Source: Camelus ferus (lineage: Eukaryota). From it: 64,000 bases of DNA. The DNA is taken from contig NC_045697.1 in assembly GCF_009834535.1 (NCBI RefSeq), positions 27,220,001 to 27,284,000 on the forward strand, written 5' to 3'. A program made the position numbers and the translations under genes. How positions within the stretch are numbered: position 1 is the first letter of the stretch; every line of letters starts with the position of its first letter. Shown here piece after piece: positions 1-12,542 of this stretch. The notes below the pieces were generated by a model. That model ran no database searches. It was not told where the DNA came from and saw nothing but the letters and a program-made list of their open reading frames with translations.

Positions 1-509
1 TGTTATTCCCACTTTACAGAATGGAAAACTGAGGCTCTGAGAGATTAAAGAACTTGTCATTTGTTCACAGGTGGTGGTGGAGTACAAACCCACAGATTCT
101 GTGTGCTTTTAACCCAGCACTGAACCACCTCTAACCAGACCCAGGCACAAATCTAGGTTTTGCTACTCCTGTATCTGAAACTGGGCACGTCTCTGAGCCT
201 CTCTGGGCCTGGCTTTCCCATCTGCAAAATGGGATTTCTTGGCCAAGTTGATCTGAGGTTAGTAATAATAAATGTTAGGTCTCCAGCACAGTACCTGATA
301 CATATAGATAGACAACAAGTAAAGCTGTTATTTTTCTGTTGTTCAGTTTGCTAAGTTACTGAGGGATTTCTCCCCTCTCTACTATAGTGTTCTCTTGTGG
401 AAGCAGAGAAAACTTGACCAATTTTTGGTGTGTATATATATATATATATACACATACATATGATGTGTTAAAACATACATACTCTTTTAATTCCTGGGGT
501 ATTTTTTAG

Positions 510-616
510 GGATTTTGCAGATACCTGGAAAAACAATTCAGTGACCTCAAGCAAAGAGGTGTCGTGATCAGCTTTGACGCTCGAGCCCATCCAGCCAGTG
601 GAGGCAGCAGCAAAAG
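510..616 (+). CDS. PGM2: PGM2 (phosphoglucomutase-2/phosphopentomutase) coding exon, human exon 3 equivalent; upstream exons lie outside the window
   Basis: ttttttag|GGA TTT TGC...AAA AG|gtatgt; translates GFCRYLEKQFSDLKQRGVVISFDARAHPASGGSSK; 107 nt. Confidence 0.96.
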
Positions 617-1017
617 GTATGTAAAGATATTTAGGAAGCTGTTTTTTTGTAGCGTAGTTTGTAGTTTTATTTGTAATCACCATTTCCATAGCTTGACGTT
701 AAATACATTTGTCAGCTACATAGATAGCTTAACTATAAAAATGATGGGTAAATTTCCTTTGCAACTTTTAAGAATTCTGGTTTACATTTGGGTTAAGGAA
801 AGGAAATTATTTCAACAGTTTAGAACTTAATACCTATCTAAATGAAAGCAATTTTTTATAGTTGCAAATTTATTTCTCTCACTTTTCCTTTCACATAATT
901 TTCTTTTTCCACCAATTATAAGCCTCATGAGCTCCTTCCCATTCTTAAATGCCCATTGAAAACTGAGTTTTTGTAACATTCTCAGACCAATAGGGCTCTG
1001 CTGTATGTAGCTGTCAG

Positions 1018-1154
1018 TTGGTGGTGGTGGTGGTGGTGATGGTGGTGGTGGTGATGATGGTGGCAGTAGTGATGGTGGTGATGGTGGTGATGGTGGTGGT
1101 GAGGGTGGTGGTAGTGATGATGGCGGCAGTGGTGGTGGTGGCCGCAGTGGTGAT
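1018..1154. repeat. Imperfect (GGT/GAT)n trinucleotide repeat
   Basis: About 45 triplets of ggt/gat/ggc/agt read directly. Confidence 0.95.
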
Positions 1155-1202
1155 AGGATCATTTGACTGGAACCACAATTTTAAACATAGAGAGGCTCAA
1201 AC

Positions 1203-1392
1203 CACGGGTCAGCAAACTTTTTCTCTTAAAGGGCAAATAGTAAATACCTTACACACTGTGGACTGCACAGTCTCTATCATAACCACTCAACTCTGCCATG
1301 TAGCAAAGAAACCGCCATGGACAATTCATGACTGAATGGGCAGTGTTAGAATAAAACTTTATTTACAAAATGGGCTGGAGTTTGCCAACCAA
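1203..1392 (+). mobile_element. MER58-like hAT-Charlie MITE
   Basis: gggtcagcaaactttttc...aataaaactttatttacaaaa...gtttgccaacc. Confidence 0.8.
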
Positions 1393-3149
1393 GGCTTTTA
1401 ATTGTGTTATATGACCCTCTTTTTTACTTGAATGCTTTCTCTATTATGATGATTTTTTTTTAATCATTCCAGAGTAAAAATACTAGTGGTTTCAGAGATT
1501 GGAAGAACGTGCATATATTTAATATTAATGAAAAGTCTGTAACTTTACAGTACAAGATACGTTCATAGAGTCTTGATCTTTGCCCATCAGCAACTTTTGA
1601 TCTAAGAGAGAAGTGTTGAGGTGAGGAAGGAAGCAAGGCCAAGGCAAAAGACCAGATGACATCAGCTCTTAGGCTGAACTCAGGGTGATATAAAATATTG
1701 AGTCTTCAGCTTGCAGGCTCAAAAATGTGATTTTTGTCAATAAAGCAAGAGAAGAGCTATATCTCTCAGGGATTGATGCATAGGAACCACATTCATAAGA
1801 GAGTGATGTAGTATAAACAAGAATATCAGTTTGTCAATTTTCTGTTAGTGAATTTACAGTTAGAATTACATCTTAAGTATGCTTTACTGGCCCCATGAGC
1901 AGATCAGAGCCTCCGGCCAAAGCACGCACAGTGCGTACAAGTGGCTAACTGCCTGTTTAGCTTTCCAGATTTCTTTTTTTTAGGCTGACTAACCTGCTTC
2001 AGGTTGATGAGTCTTTCATATATTCTAACATTGTCAATTAAGGTGAAGATACATCTTGCTCTGGCCTTGGGGCCATGTCATTTCCTTAAAGTGACTAATG
2101 TAACTGATTGTATTTGTTTATGGTTCAAGTCCCAGAGTTTGATGGGATAGGAAGGAGTGGAGCTCAGGGGCGCTGCTGTCATTTACAACAAGCAAGATAT
2201 GTAGAGATTGTAACAAATATTAAGCCAGTAAATACATGGTAAAATATTCATGATGAGTAAATGGAGTTTTCTTAAAGAGTCAGAAACTATTGCAGTCTCA
2301 GAATTTTGCCTAAGGAAATGTTGATTAGTTCTTTAATCTTCCAATTTTAAATACCTGGTAGGGACTATAAGCAATAACTGTTAAGCATACGCAGAGAACA
2401 CATTGACTCTCTTTTGTGCATGTTTGTAGCTTAGTTCATGTATATCGTGTATATATCATATATATGTTGAGTGTCTCCTTTGCCAACTTTAAGAAAGTGC
2501 CTTTAAAGTCAGCCTGAACACATGATAAACATTTCATGAGGATAAAAGTGACTTCCGTACCTCCTAGTGAGTGCACTTTGGATTTAATTAGGATTTTTAT
2601 TTAAATTGTTTTTTGCTCAATTTTGTTATTTTTATGACTTTCCCCTGTGTAGAAGCATTTTTACTTTTTTGAGCTGTCAAAATCATTTTTGTATGACTGT
2701 TGATCATAGAACTTTTAATGCTTGAGCTGTTAAAGATCTCTTTTTGCCCCAACCAGCTCCTGGAATAGTTCAGTGAAGTTAGTGCTCAAAAAATGTTTGA
2801 GGAGAGTTTAATCCTGTAATGGTATAATATTGTTCACTGGAAGTAAATTGCTCATTTACCGTGGTCAAGTATTTAACTCCAGGCGTGGAGTAAGACTTTG
2901 CCATGTTCTGTGTCCTGTGCTAAGCCAGGTGCCGTGGAAATTGAGGAATGTGTCAAAGTGTCACAGATTTAAGTCTTTTACGGGCTGAGTGGATTCAAGT
3001 TATATTCATGCCACATACATAGTCGTATATGTGTGTATGTCACACATATATCACACACACCCACACACCGATGAGCCTTGTGTTTCATAGAAGGCAGCAT
3101 CAAATCAAATGCTAGTCTTCATGGCATCTTCTGGATTGTGAGAGCTTTA

Positions 3150-3370
3150 AACTGGAGTTTCTGTGTCTCTGCACTGTCGAGATGTGACTTGGTCCTGGGC
3201 CAGATAATTCTTGGTTGTGGGCACTGCCCTGTGCATTGTGGGATGCTGAGCACCATCCTTGGCCTCCACCCACCAGCTGCCGCTTGCACCCTACCCTGGT
3301 GACAACCAAAAATGTCTCCAGACCATTGTCCGGGGTGAGGCAGCATCTCCCTCAACTGAGACCCGCTGAG
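3150..3370 (+). mobile_element. MER20-like hAT DNA transposon relic
   Basis: gggccagataattctt...gcattgtgggatg...gacaaccaaaaatgtctccagac. Confidence 0.85.
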
Positions 3371-3671
3371 ATGGACAGAGAGTTGAGAGACTTGGCTGCA
3401 GGCCTGGCTCAGCTGCTGGGTGGCTGGTGGACATGGGATAAATCGCCTGGCCTTTCTTGGGTCTAGTCCCATCTCTGTAAAACCAAGGGGTGGAGTGAAA
3501 TGACTCCTGAGGTTCCTCCAGCTTGAATGCTCCCTGCCAGCAGGAGGATAACGGGCATCTTTCTTGATCTGGCTGCTGTACCAGCCTGAAGACATTCATG
3601 TCCATCTTTATTGTCGCCCACAGTCCTGACCACTCTGCCCTCCTTTCTCCCCCGACTCTCTGCATTTCCAG

Positions 3672-3756
3672 GTTTGCCCGACTTGCTGCAACCACATTTA
3701 TCAGCCAGGGGATTCCTGTGTACCTCTTTTCTGATATAACCCCAACCCCCTTCGTG
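3672..3756 (+). CDS. PGM2: PGM2 exon 4 equivalent
   Basis: tttccag|G TTT GCC...TTC GTG|gtgagt; FARLAATTFISQGIPVYLFSDITPTPFV; 85 nt, phase matches previous exon. Confidence 0.97.
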
Positions 3757-5437
3757 GTGAGTCATCATTTCCTTTTATAATTTCCTGTCACGGAATTGGG
3801 GGTGGGACGTGGCTGAGTCTTACAGTCTTCGTGCTCTTGGGATTCTGGGATTTAAAGGGCAGAAGAGCTGCCTGCTTTTTATCAGGAGTTCTCTCTCCTC
3901 TCCAGAAATGTTCCTCCCACATCCTACTTATATTTCTCTGGTATTCAGCTTTTGATTCATCAGAATTAATGTTTTTAATGTAGTTTTTCTTATTCAAGGA
4001 TATTTTAGCTAGTTAGCAAAATGTCTATGTTTGTCTGTTTGTTCATTTGCTTTTTAATATGTTGTGTATTCTTTTTACCAGCTATCACAGTTAGGAAACT
4101 TCTTGGGTCTAAATATGAATTCACCCGAAACCATGTCTTATCATGAATGTTTCTGACAAGTTGATGCAGTAGCTTTTTATATAAATGGTTCATTCTAAAT
4201 CCTATGCATGGCCACAGTACAAGAAGCATCCTTGGCATATTTTAGTAAGATTTTTATCAAATTCTTACATAGAAAAATCTAAAGAAAAGGACAATAGGGA
4301 TTGTGACAGCTGTTGCTTTTAAGTAGGTAGAACTTTTAAGAGCAGGGCCAAATGCTAAGAATATGTTTTTAGAAATTAAGCCAAAAACAGAATTTGAATA
4401 CAGTTACTTCCGTCAAGTAGAAATAAGAGTGTATAAGCACAGGAGACGTAAGCTCCACTGGTTGTGCTTATTGTCTCTAATGCACTGACAGGGACCTGCA
4501 GCACCTCCTAGATTGTGAATATCCCAGTAGACACTCAGTGTTACCTCCACGTGTGGTTCAGGTTTTATTGTTTGATGGAAAAACTGCGATATGTTCAAGC
4601 ATCCATGGTCTTCTCTATTATATAAGTGTTGACAGCTATTATTTTTATATCAGACATGAGTTACATGTGTCTCATGATCATTTGCCCATGCTATGGGGTG
4701 ATTCTCCTTTTTTCTTGGCTCCAGGACACCTTGGGGGGGGGTGCTTGAGCTAACTCCTAGGGGGACAAGTGACCACAGTGATTGTTGGTGGGAAGATGGA
4801 GGGGGACAGATGGGTAGACTCTCAGGATGCTTGGGTAAAGTCGATCTCATGTACAGCTGTAGTGGGCAGAAGCCCACCTCTCCCCATTTTGGAAAGTAGT
4901 CTTCTAAAGATGGGAGCTAAGCAGACATACAGGGGAGGGATAACCAGCCCTGAAGGGGGAGGTAAGTGACAAGCTGTGACAGCTCTCTCCATTTCTTCAG
5001 CAAGTTGCTCAGCCTTTTCCTTCGAAGTAAATTGGGGAAAGAAGGGAGAAGGTAGCAGTTGGAGGGAATGAACTGAATCCATAGACTTCTGGTCGAAGCA
5101 GAAGGCTTCAGAGAATGTGCAGTAGAGAATTAGCCCATCATACTGTTGGGAGAGTTTTCTGGCCCTACCAAGTAGAAGACAGAATGAGAAGACACCTAGG
5201 AAAATACTTGCACTTCTCATTTGGGGTACACACCCTGGAATTTTGAGCAATGGGTTAGTTCTAAGGAGAATCAGAGTCTATTGCATGGATGTGGCACAAA
5301 AATATTGTATGACACATTATGATATTTATATATTATGCATGTTAAAAGGGAACATGGTGCAAACAATGTGTAATAGATCTTTTAAGCAGATCTGATTTTT
5401 TTGTTTGACACTGTTCTGGTTGCCTACTGTATTACAG

Positions 5438-5521
5438 CCCTACACAGTGTCACATCTGAAACTTTGCGCTGGAATCATGATAACCGCCTCTCACAATCCA
5501 AAGCAGGATAATGGTTATAAG
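5438..5521 (+). CDS. PGM2: PGM2 exon 5 equivalent, containing the catalytic phosphoserine loop TASHNP
   Basis: ttacag|CCC TAC...TAT AAG|gtatta; [28 protein letters not shown]; Ser codon at 5489-5491. Confidence 0.97.
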
Positions 5522-5656
5522 GTATTATTTTTCTATCCACACTTACATCCTTCAATATGAATCCCGTGCCTTTCCGGTTTGGGAGCACAGGGAATGGATG
5601 CTTTTATTTCCATTAACTAACGCTCAACCGTCTGGACACCTTCCCGCCTTCTCTAG

Positions 5657-5850
5657 GTTTATTGGGATAACGGAGCTCAGATCATTTCTCCTCATGATAA
5701 AGGGATCTCCGAAGCGATTGAGGAGAATCTGGAGCCATGGCCTCAAGCTTGGGACGATTCTATAATCAACAGCAGTCCGCTTCTCCATGACCCAAAAGCT
5801 TCCATCAGTAAGGACTACTTTGAAGACCTTAAAAAATACTGTTTTCACAG
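5657..5850 (+). CDS. PGM2: PGM2 exon 6 equivalent
   Basis: ctctag|GTT TAT TGG...CAC AG|gtaaat; VYWDNGAQIISPHDKGISEAIEENLEPWPQAWDD...KKYCFH; 194 nt. Confidence 0.97.
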
Positions 5851-6512
5851 GTAAATGGATTGGAAACTCACCTCAAGTGAGATCTTCTAATTTTTAAATG
5901 TTGGGGACCATTTTAAAATCTATAATCCAAACAAAACACACCTGTCAGCCTTCCCTCTGTCCCTCTAATTGAACTTTCAGAGACTAAGGGTTTCCAGTTT
6001 TCTGCTACTCCAGGGAGCACTAGAGTCAGCAGCTTTGAGCACAGTTCCTTGAGTATTTGTGTGTTTGTGTGCAAGTGTATTCATAAGATACATTTCAGGC
6101 ATCAGAATTACATATGCATTTACAAAGTTGATAATGGTTAACAAATTGCTCTGCAGAAATGTTTCACTAGTTGAGATTTTCACCAACAGTATATGATAAT
6201 AGTATGTGATGAATACATTCTTGCTGACATTGAGTATTATCAAATTTTTCCTCTTACCCAGTTTGCTACATGAAAGTAATAGCTAACTTTATTTGCATTA
6301 GTTATTAATATTTTTTCTTTCACCTAGATTTTTCTATGTATCTCTTCATCTTTTGCATTTGTAAAACCTCTTTGCTTATACAGAAAACTAGTCTTTATTT
6401 CAAATATGGTTTTCCCTTCTGTTGTTACTTTTGGACTTTTTTCATTGAAACTTTTAATTTCTGACTTCTGGGTTTTGTGCCATACTTCAGATTTCACTAT
6501 ACTAAGATTATT

Positions 6513-8161
6513 ATTTTTTTTTTTTTAGAAATGATTTTTTTTCTTTTTTTTAACATTTTTTATTGATTTATAATCATTTTACAATGTTGTGTCAAATTCC
6601 AGTGTTCAGCACAATTTTTCAGTTATTCATGGACATATACACACTCATTGTCACATTTTTTTCTCTGTGAGTTATCATAACATTTTGTATATATTTCCCT
6701 GTGCCATGCAGTGTAGTCTATTCTACAATTTTGAAATCCCAGTCTATCCCTTCCCACCCTCCACCCCCCTGGTAACCACAAGTCTGTATTCTCTGTCTGT
6801 GAGTCTATTTCTGTCCTTTATTTACGCTTTGTTTTTGTTTGTTTGTTTGTTTTTGTTTTTGTTTTTTAGATTCCACATATGAGCGATCTCATATGGTATT
6901 TTTCTTTCTCTTTCTGGCTTACTTCACTTAGAATGACATTCTGCAGGAGCATCCATATTGCTGCAAATGGCATTATGTTGTCGGTTTTTATGGCTGAGTA
7001 GTATTCCATTGTATAAATATACCACATCTTCTTTATCCAGTCACCTGTTGATGGACATTTAGGCTGTTTCCATGTTTTGGCTATTGTAAATAGTGCTGCT
7101 ATGAACATTGGGGTGCAGGTGTCATCCTGAAGTAGATTTCCTTCTGGATACAAGCCCAGGAGTGGGATTCCTGGGTCATATGGTAAGTCTATTCCTAGTC
7201 TTTTGAGGAATCTCCACACTGTTTTCCATAGTGGCTGCACCAAACTGCATTCCCACCAGCAGTGTAGAAGGGTTCCCCTTTCTCCACAGCCTCTCCAGCA
7301 TTTGTCATTTGTGGATTTTTGAATGACGGCCATTCTGACTGGTGTGAGGTGATACCTCATTGTAGTTTTGATTTGCATTTCTCTGATAATTAGTGATATT
7401 GAGCATTTTTTCATGTGCTTTTTGATCATTTGTATGTCTTCCTTGGAGAATTGCTTGTTTAGGTCTTCTGCCCATTTTTGGATTGGGTTGTTTATTTTTT
7501 TCTTATTGAGTTGTATGAGCTGCTTATATATTCTGGAGATCAAGCCTTTGTCGGTTTCACTTGCAAAAATTTTCTCCCATTCCGTAGGTTTTCTTCTTAT
7601 TTTATTTCTGGTTTCCTTTGCTGTGCAGAAGCTTGTAAGTTTCATTAGGTCCCATTTGTTTATTCTTGCTTTTATTTCTTCTAGGAGAAAATTTTTGAAA
7701 TGTATGTCAGATAATGTTTTGCCTATGTTTTCCTCTAGGAGGTTTATTGTATCTTGTCTTATGTTTAAGTCTTTAATCCATTTTGAGTTGATTTTTGTAT
7801 ATGGTGTAAGGGAGTGTTCTAGCTTCATTGTTTTACATGCTGCTGTCCAGTTTTCCCAACACCATTTGCTGAAGAGACTGTCTTTATTCCAATGTCTATT
7901 CTTGCCTCCTTTGTCAAAGATGAGTTGACCAAAAGTTTGTGGGTTCATTTCTGGGCTCTCTATTCTGTTCCATTGGTCTATATGTCTGTTTTGGTACCAA
8001 TACCATGCTGTCTTGATGACTGTAGCTCTATAGTATTGTCTGAAGTCTGGGAGAGTTATTCCTCCAGCCTCTTTCTTTCTCTTCAGTAATGCTTTGGCAA
8101 TTCTAGGTCTTTGATGGTTCCATATGAATTTTATTATGATTTTTTCTAGTTCTGTGAAAAA
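6513..8161 (-). mobile_element. Young 5'-truncated LINE-1 (ORF2 C-terminus, 3' UTR, A-tail) antisense in a PGM2 intron, apparently within an older L1M fossil
   Basis: Minus-strand frame 8161-6866 stop-free: FFTELEK...[16 protein letters not shown]...[13 protein letters not shown]...SLICGI*; poly-T tail at 6513-6551. Confidence 0.97.
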
Positions 8162-9498
8162 AAAGCCACGACTTTTGTTTTGCTCTAAGACTTTCGTGTT
8201 TATATTTTTAATTTTATATGTGGCATAAAGTAGGAAAGCAGATTAGATTCTTTCTAAAAAGTTTGTAATTGTACCAACTTATTAAATTGAGGAGTCTTTT
8301 TTTTTTTTTTGACCAATTGGAAATACCACCTTTATTAAACAATTTCTAATATGATTTGAGTGCTTATTATATATCTGATAACTGCAGTAGGCCCTTCACT
8401 TGTACTAATTAATTTAATCTCATTTTAATCATCACAGTAATGCTGATAGGTAGATTCTAGTGTGTGGCCATTTTATCGATGAGAAAACTATGACACAGAG
8501 AGGTTAAGTAAATAACCAATAGTCACACAGCTTTAAGTGGCAGAGCTCTAGGATTTAAATTTAGAGTCTGTCTCCAAATCATGTTAACCACTAAGCCTTA
8601 CTACTTCTCATGTCTATTTCCCATTTTAAATTGGATCAACTTCTGGACTCTATTCTGTTCTTTTTAATCTGCCTTTATATATCTAGGACTAAACTGTTCT
8701 AATTGTGATGGCTTAATTCACTTTAATATCTAAGAGATTTTTTTCCAGATTTGTTCTCACTAATCTTGTATACTTATTTTTCTAGATGCATTTTATTTTC
8801 AAGGGTATGTTTGTTTTAAACTACTGTTTAAAAGGTCTTAGAGAAGACCTTGTTCATTTATTCATCACTGAAAGAAATGGACAATAACCTAAGAACCTAG
8901 GAAGTAGATCATTGGAATTTTTTAACACTTTATATTTACCTTTTTATAACTTCTGTTAATTTTGATATTTATTGTTATTCTATATTAAGTCCCTATATCA
9001 GGACACTTTGCCAAACAGGATTGTTACTGGACAAAGAAAAGTTTTATTTTTTATGCATCTGTGTATGAGATGCTCCACCACGTTTTGGTAAAAGGGACAT
9101 TTTGAAAATCATATTTGGAGCTCGTAAAGAGTATTTGGAGCCCCAGGGCTGGTACTGCCACTGGGCCAGCTGAGTCTCTCCTGAAACCCACCCTAGGTGC
9201 GAAAGCTGTAGTGTAAAACACAATCTGAAAGTAATCAGATTGGCTGAAGATAACTACAGAGTAAAATGTAAAATTTGAATGTTTTGGGGGAGGGTGGATG
9301 TTTGAAAGAGAGTAAGAAGTGTTGTTTCTTTTTTTTTTTTTTAATGGAATTAGAAAGATACTCCGCTGTCTTATACTTTCGTATTCCTTTGATATCTTAC
9401 GTTCTTAGGAATCTGGCTCCTTGATATTTTGCAACCCTTCCAGTTTTGTGAGCCGTATTTGCATATCTTATCATTCTCTGCGATGTGTCTGGTTCTAG

Positions 9499-9688
9499 GA
9501 GTGTGAACAGGGAGACCAAGGTGAAGTTTGTGCACACCTCCGTCCATGGCGTGGGGCATGATTTCGTGCAGTCGGCTTTTAAAGCTTTTGACTTTGCTCC
9601 TCCTGAGGCCGTTCCCGAACAGAAGGATCCTGATCCTGAGTTCCCGACAGTGAAATACCCGAATCCCGAAGAGGGTAAAGGTGTCTTG
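9499..9688 (+). CDS. PGM2: PGM2 exon 7 equivalent
   Basis: ttctag|G AGT GTG...GTC TTG|gtaact; SVNRETKVKFVHTSVHGVG...PNPEEGKGVL; 190 nt. Confidence 0.97.
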
Positions 9689-10001
9689 GTAACTGATTTT
9701 TTTTTTCAATTATCAAATTTACCTTTTATATTCAAAACTATTACTATCAAGTAAAATGAGTTTTTATGCGTTACCATTGTGCTGAACAAAAAAGTAATTT
9801 CATCATTGGAAATATTTATAGTTATTAGTCATCTGTTTCTTAGAGGAACTTTCAAATCAGATGCCTTGGCATCAGGATGTGAGAGCTGAAATTGCTTGCA
9901 AATTTAAAATGATGCTTTACATTCAGTTTAATTAATTTAATTTTTATTTAATTTACTGTACTTCTTAATGCCAAAAAGGAGCACTAATAGAATGGAGATT
10001 C

Positions 10002-10093
10002 GGGTAGTGTATAGCTCAGTGGTAGAGTGCATGCTGAGCGTACACAAGGAACTTGGTTCAATCCCCAGTTCCTCCATTTAAAAAAAAAAAAAA
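10002..10093 (+). mobile_element. tRNA-Ala-derived SINE (Vic-1-like), short form
   Basis: A box tagctcagtgg, B box ggttcaatccc, A-tail, decayed TSD agaatggagattc/agaatgaaggttc. Confidence 0.9.
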
Positions 10094-10536
10094 GAATGAA
10101 GGTTCGTCACATGATTTTTACTCCTTAATTGATATTTTTCTGGTATGAAGAAGTACTGTTTAAATTATGGTTCTTTTAACCTTTTTAAAGGTTAGGGTTA
10201 CAATGATATTCAGAGAGTCGGTTTATTTTGGTTTGTCTGTGAGGTTGATCACACAGCCAGGCCTGGAAATACAGTCCAGCCACACCCGCGCTCTCAGATG
10301 TGGGGCGGATCCCACGGGCATGTGTGGGTCATGTGTTGATGCGCCCTTCATCTGACCTCTGACTTAGGAAGTAATATGTGACCAGCCAAGACCAGCTCCA
10401 GAAAAAAAAAAAAAATGCAGCCTTGGTTTGGGGAAAGTCTTCTTCTAGTGCTTAACGAACTGAACTGAGTTTTTAAAGACTGCAGTGTCCTCTATTCTCA
10501 ATTGGAGTGATCTTTCCTCTCCTTACTCTGTTTCAG

Positions 10537-10634
10537 ACTTTATCTTTTGCTTTGGCTGACAAAACCAAGGCCAAAATCGTTTTAGCAAACGACCCAGATG
10601 CTGATAGACTTGCTGTGGCTGAAAAGCAAGACAG
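10537..10634 (+). CDS. PGM2: PGM2 exon 8 equivalent, containing the metal-binding loop DPDADR
   Basis: tttcag|ACT TTA...GAC AG|gtacga; TLSFALADKTKAKIVLANDPDADRLAVAEKQD; 98 nt. Confidence 0.97.
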
Positions 10635-11765
10635 GTACGATTAATTGTGATTACCTAGATAATGGAAAATATGAAAGGTGACATCTTCCATCTTCGGCAG
10701 TAAAATGTTTCTGGAGAGACCAGACCTATTTGGAAATGGTTTGCATTTATTTTGCAAGCGATCATCTCACTGAACATCTGTCAGGTCCTCTGACATAGAG
10801 CGAGTCCTGATCCGGGGCCCACACAATCAGCAAGCACAATACAGAGTAAAGCAGCCCAGTATGTGTTTGGAATTGAAATGATCATTTGTTATCTCCCCAT
10901 TTTATCATTGTTTTTATTATAATTAATGACTCAGTGCTTAATGAGGGCCGAGTACTTTGTTTGGTGCTGACTTTACAGTTCAGTATTTGCTGAAGGGTTT
11001 GGTTAAGGAGTGGGCCCTTCAAAGCCATGTTGAATTTGGGTTGAGACCAGAGATGTATCCTGGGGTTGCTGACAGTTCAGGATGAGAGTGACTGGAGTTT
11101 GTACAGAGCAGTGATAAGTAAGGGGGAACGTTGAACGGTAAGCAGCGTCCAAGCAGTTTTGGGTGTCAAACAGCCTGTGTGATTTTAGGAGGCAGTGGGA
11201 TACCCTCAAAGGGCTAGGATTTTAGATTATGACAAAACAGATTCAATTCTATATTGGTTTTTAGAAATTTAAGCTAAAGTGATACATGCTGAAGTGAGAT
11301 GCACTTGTAGCTGCCTGGACTGCAGACAGGAGCAAACCCCAGGCCTGGGCTCCGGGTCCTGACTGTTTTCACACCGCACTTGACTGTAAGGACTGCCGCG
11401 CAGTCACTGAGAATCAGCAGAAAGCTGAGCTACGCAAACTATTACACTTGGGTGCATCTTGCCAGCATACTTCAGTTATGTTTAAAACCAACACCTTTGC
11501 CAATGAGTAAGATAAAAGTGTTTCTGTGTCATCACTGCCCTTCAGAGATAGGCTGTTTGTCTAGACAAACTGGCTGAGACACAGTAGTTGTTCAAATGTT
11601 TGTGGAGTGGCAGTCACACTTCTGGCCAGATGTTTAAACAAGAATAACAAGAACAGCTTCACAGGGGCTGCTTTGAGCCTTGTTTGGCTTAACTGTTCTG
11701 TCCTGGTAACTTCCAGCGTCTCTCTTAAAAGATCACTGCCATGCAGAGGTTGTTTTTTCTTTCAG

Positions 11766-11946
11766 TGGTGAATGGAGAGTGTTTTCAGGCAATGAGTTGG
11801 GGGCCCTCTTGGGCTGGTGGCTCTTTACTTCTTGGAAAGAGAAGAACCAAGATCACAGTGCCCTCAAAGACACGTACATGTTGTCCAGCACCGTCTCCTC
11901 AAAAATCCTGCGGGCCATTGCCTTAAAGGAGGGTTTTCACTTCGAG
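11766..11946 (+). CDS. PGM2: PGM2 exon 9 equivalent
   Basis: tttcag|T GGT GAA TGG...TTC GAG|gtaagg; GEWRVFSGNELGALLGWWLF...KEGFHFE; 181 nt. Confidence 0.97.
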
Positions 11947-12035
11947 GTAAGGTCTTTGTGAGACTTGCTCTCTTCCCTTTTTTTGCTCTGTAAAAGGTCT
12001 AAGGCATTTCTTTCTCTTTTGGATTATCCTTTTAG

Positions 12036-12129
12036 GAAACATTAACTGGCTTTAAGTGGATGGGAAACCGAGCCAAACAACTAATAGACCAGGGGAAAAA
12101 TGTCTTATTTGCATTTGAAGAAGCTATTG
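12036..12129 (+). CDS. PGM2: PGM2 exon 10 equivalent, containing the sugar-binding loop FEEAIG
   Basis: ttttag|GAA ACA TTA...ATT G|gtaaga; ETLTGFKWMGNRAKQLIDQGKNVLFAFEEAI; preceded by an 89-nt intron. Confidence 0.97.
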
Positions 12130-12510
12130 GTAAGAGTTGACATCATGATCATGGAATCAGCTAATTTACAGAATGCAAATAAACGGGCAAAAATTTGGAT
12201 TTGGGTTTGGGTTCAAAAGATTAACAGTGAAATGAGAGCACACAGTTTGCTTTGCTTCTGTGACGCTCAGCAAGTGTTGAATTGTCCCACCCCAGATTTG
12301 GTGTTGCAGATTTTTTTTCAGCTGAAAAAAAAATAGATCTCACAGATAACCAAGCCATTTATGTAAGGAAGTGAATCCTTTCCCTGGATGACTAAGAACA
12401 GTGATGTTCTATACATGGCGGCTAGTAGCTTCGGAAGCCTCATATTTGGAGAGTTGTGAGATTCCTCACTATGGTGTTGATACCCAGTCCGAATATAGTT
12501 CACTTATAGT

Positions 12511-12542
12511 ACACACACACACACACACACACACTCACACAC
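12511..12542. repeat. (CA)n microsatellite
   Basis: Read directly. Confidence 0.95.

Noticed and set aside
827..1335. Poly-Pro and poly-Val ORFs
   Set aside because: Translations of the (GGT/GAT)n repeat on both strands
7368..7928. 186-aa hydrophobic + strand ORF
   Set aside because: Antisense shadow of L1 ORF2
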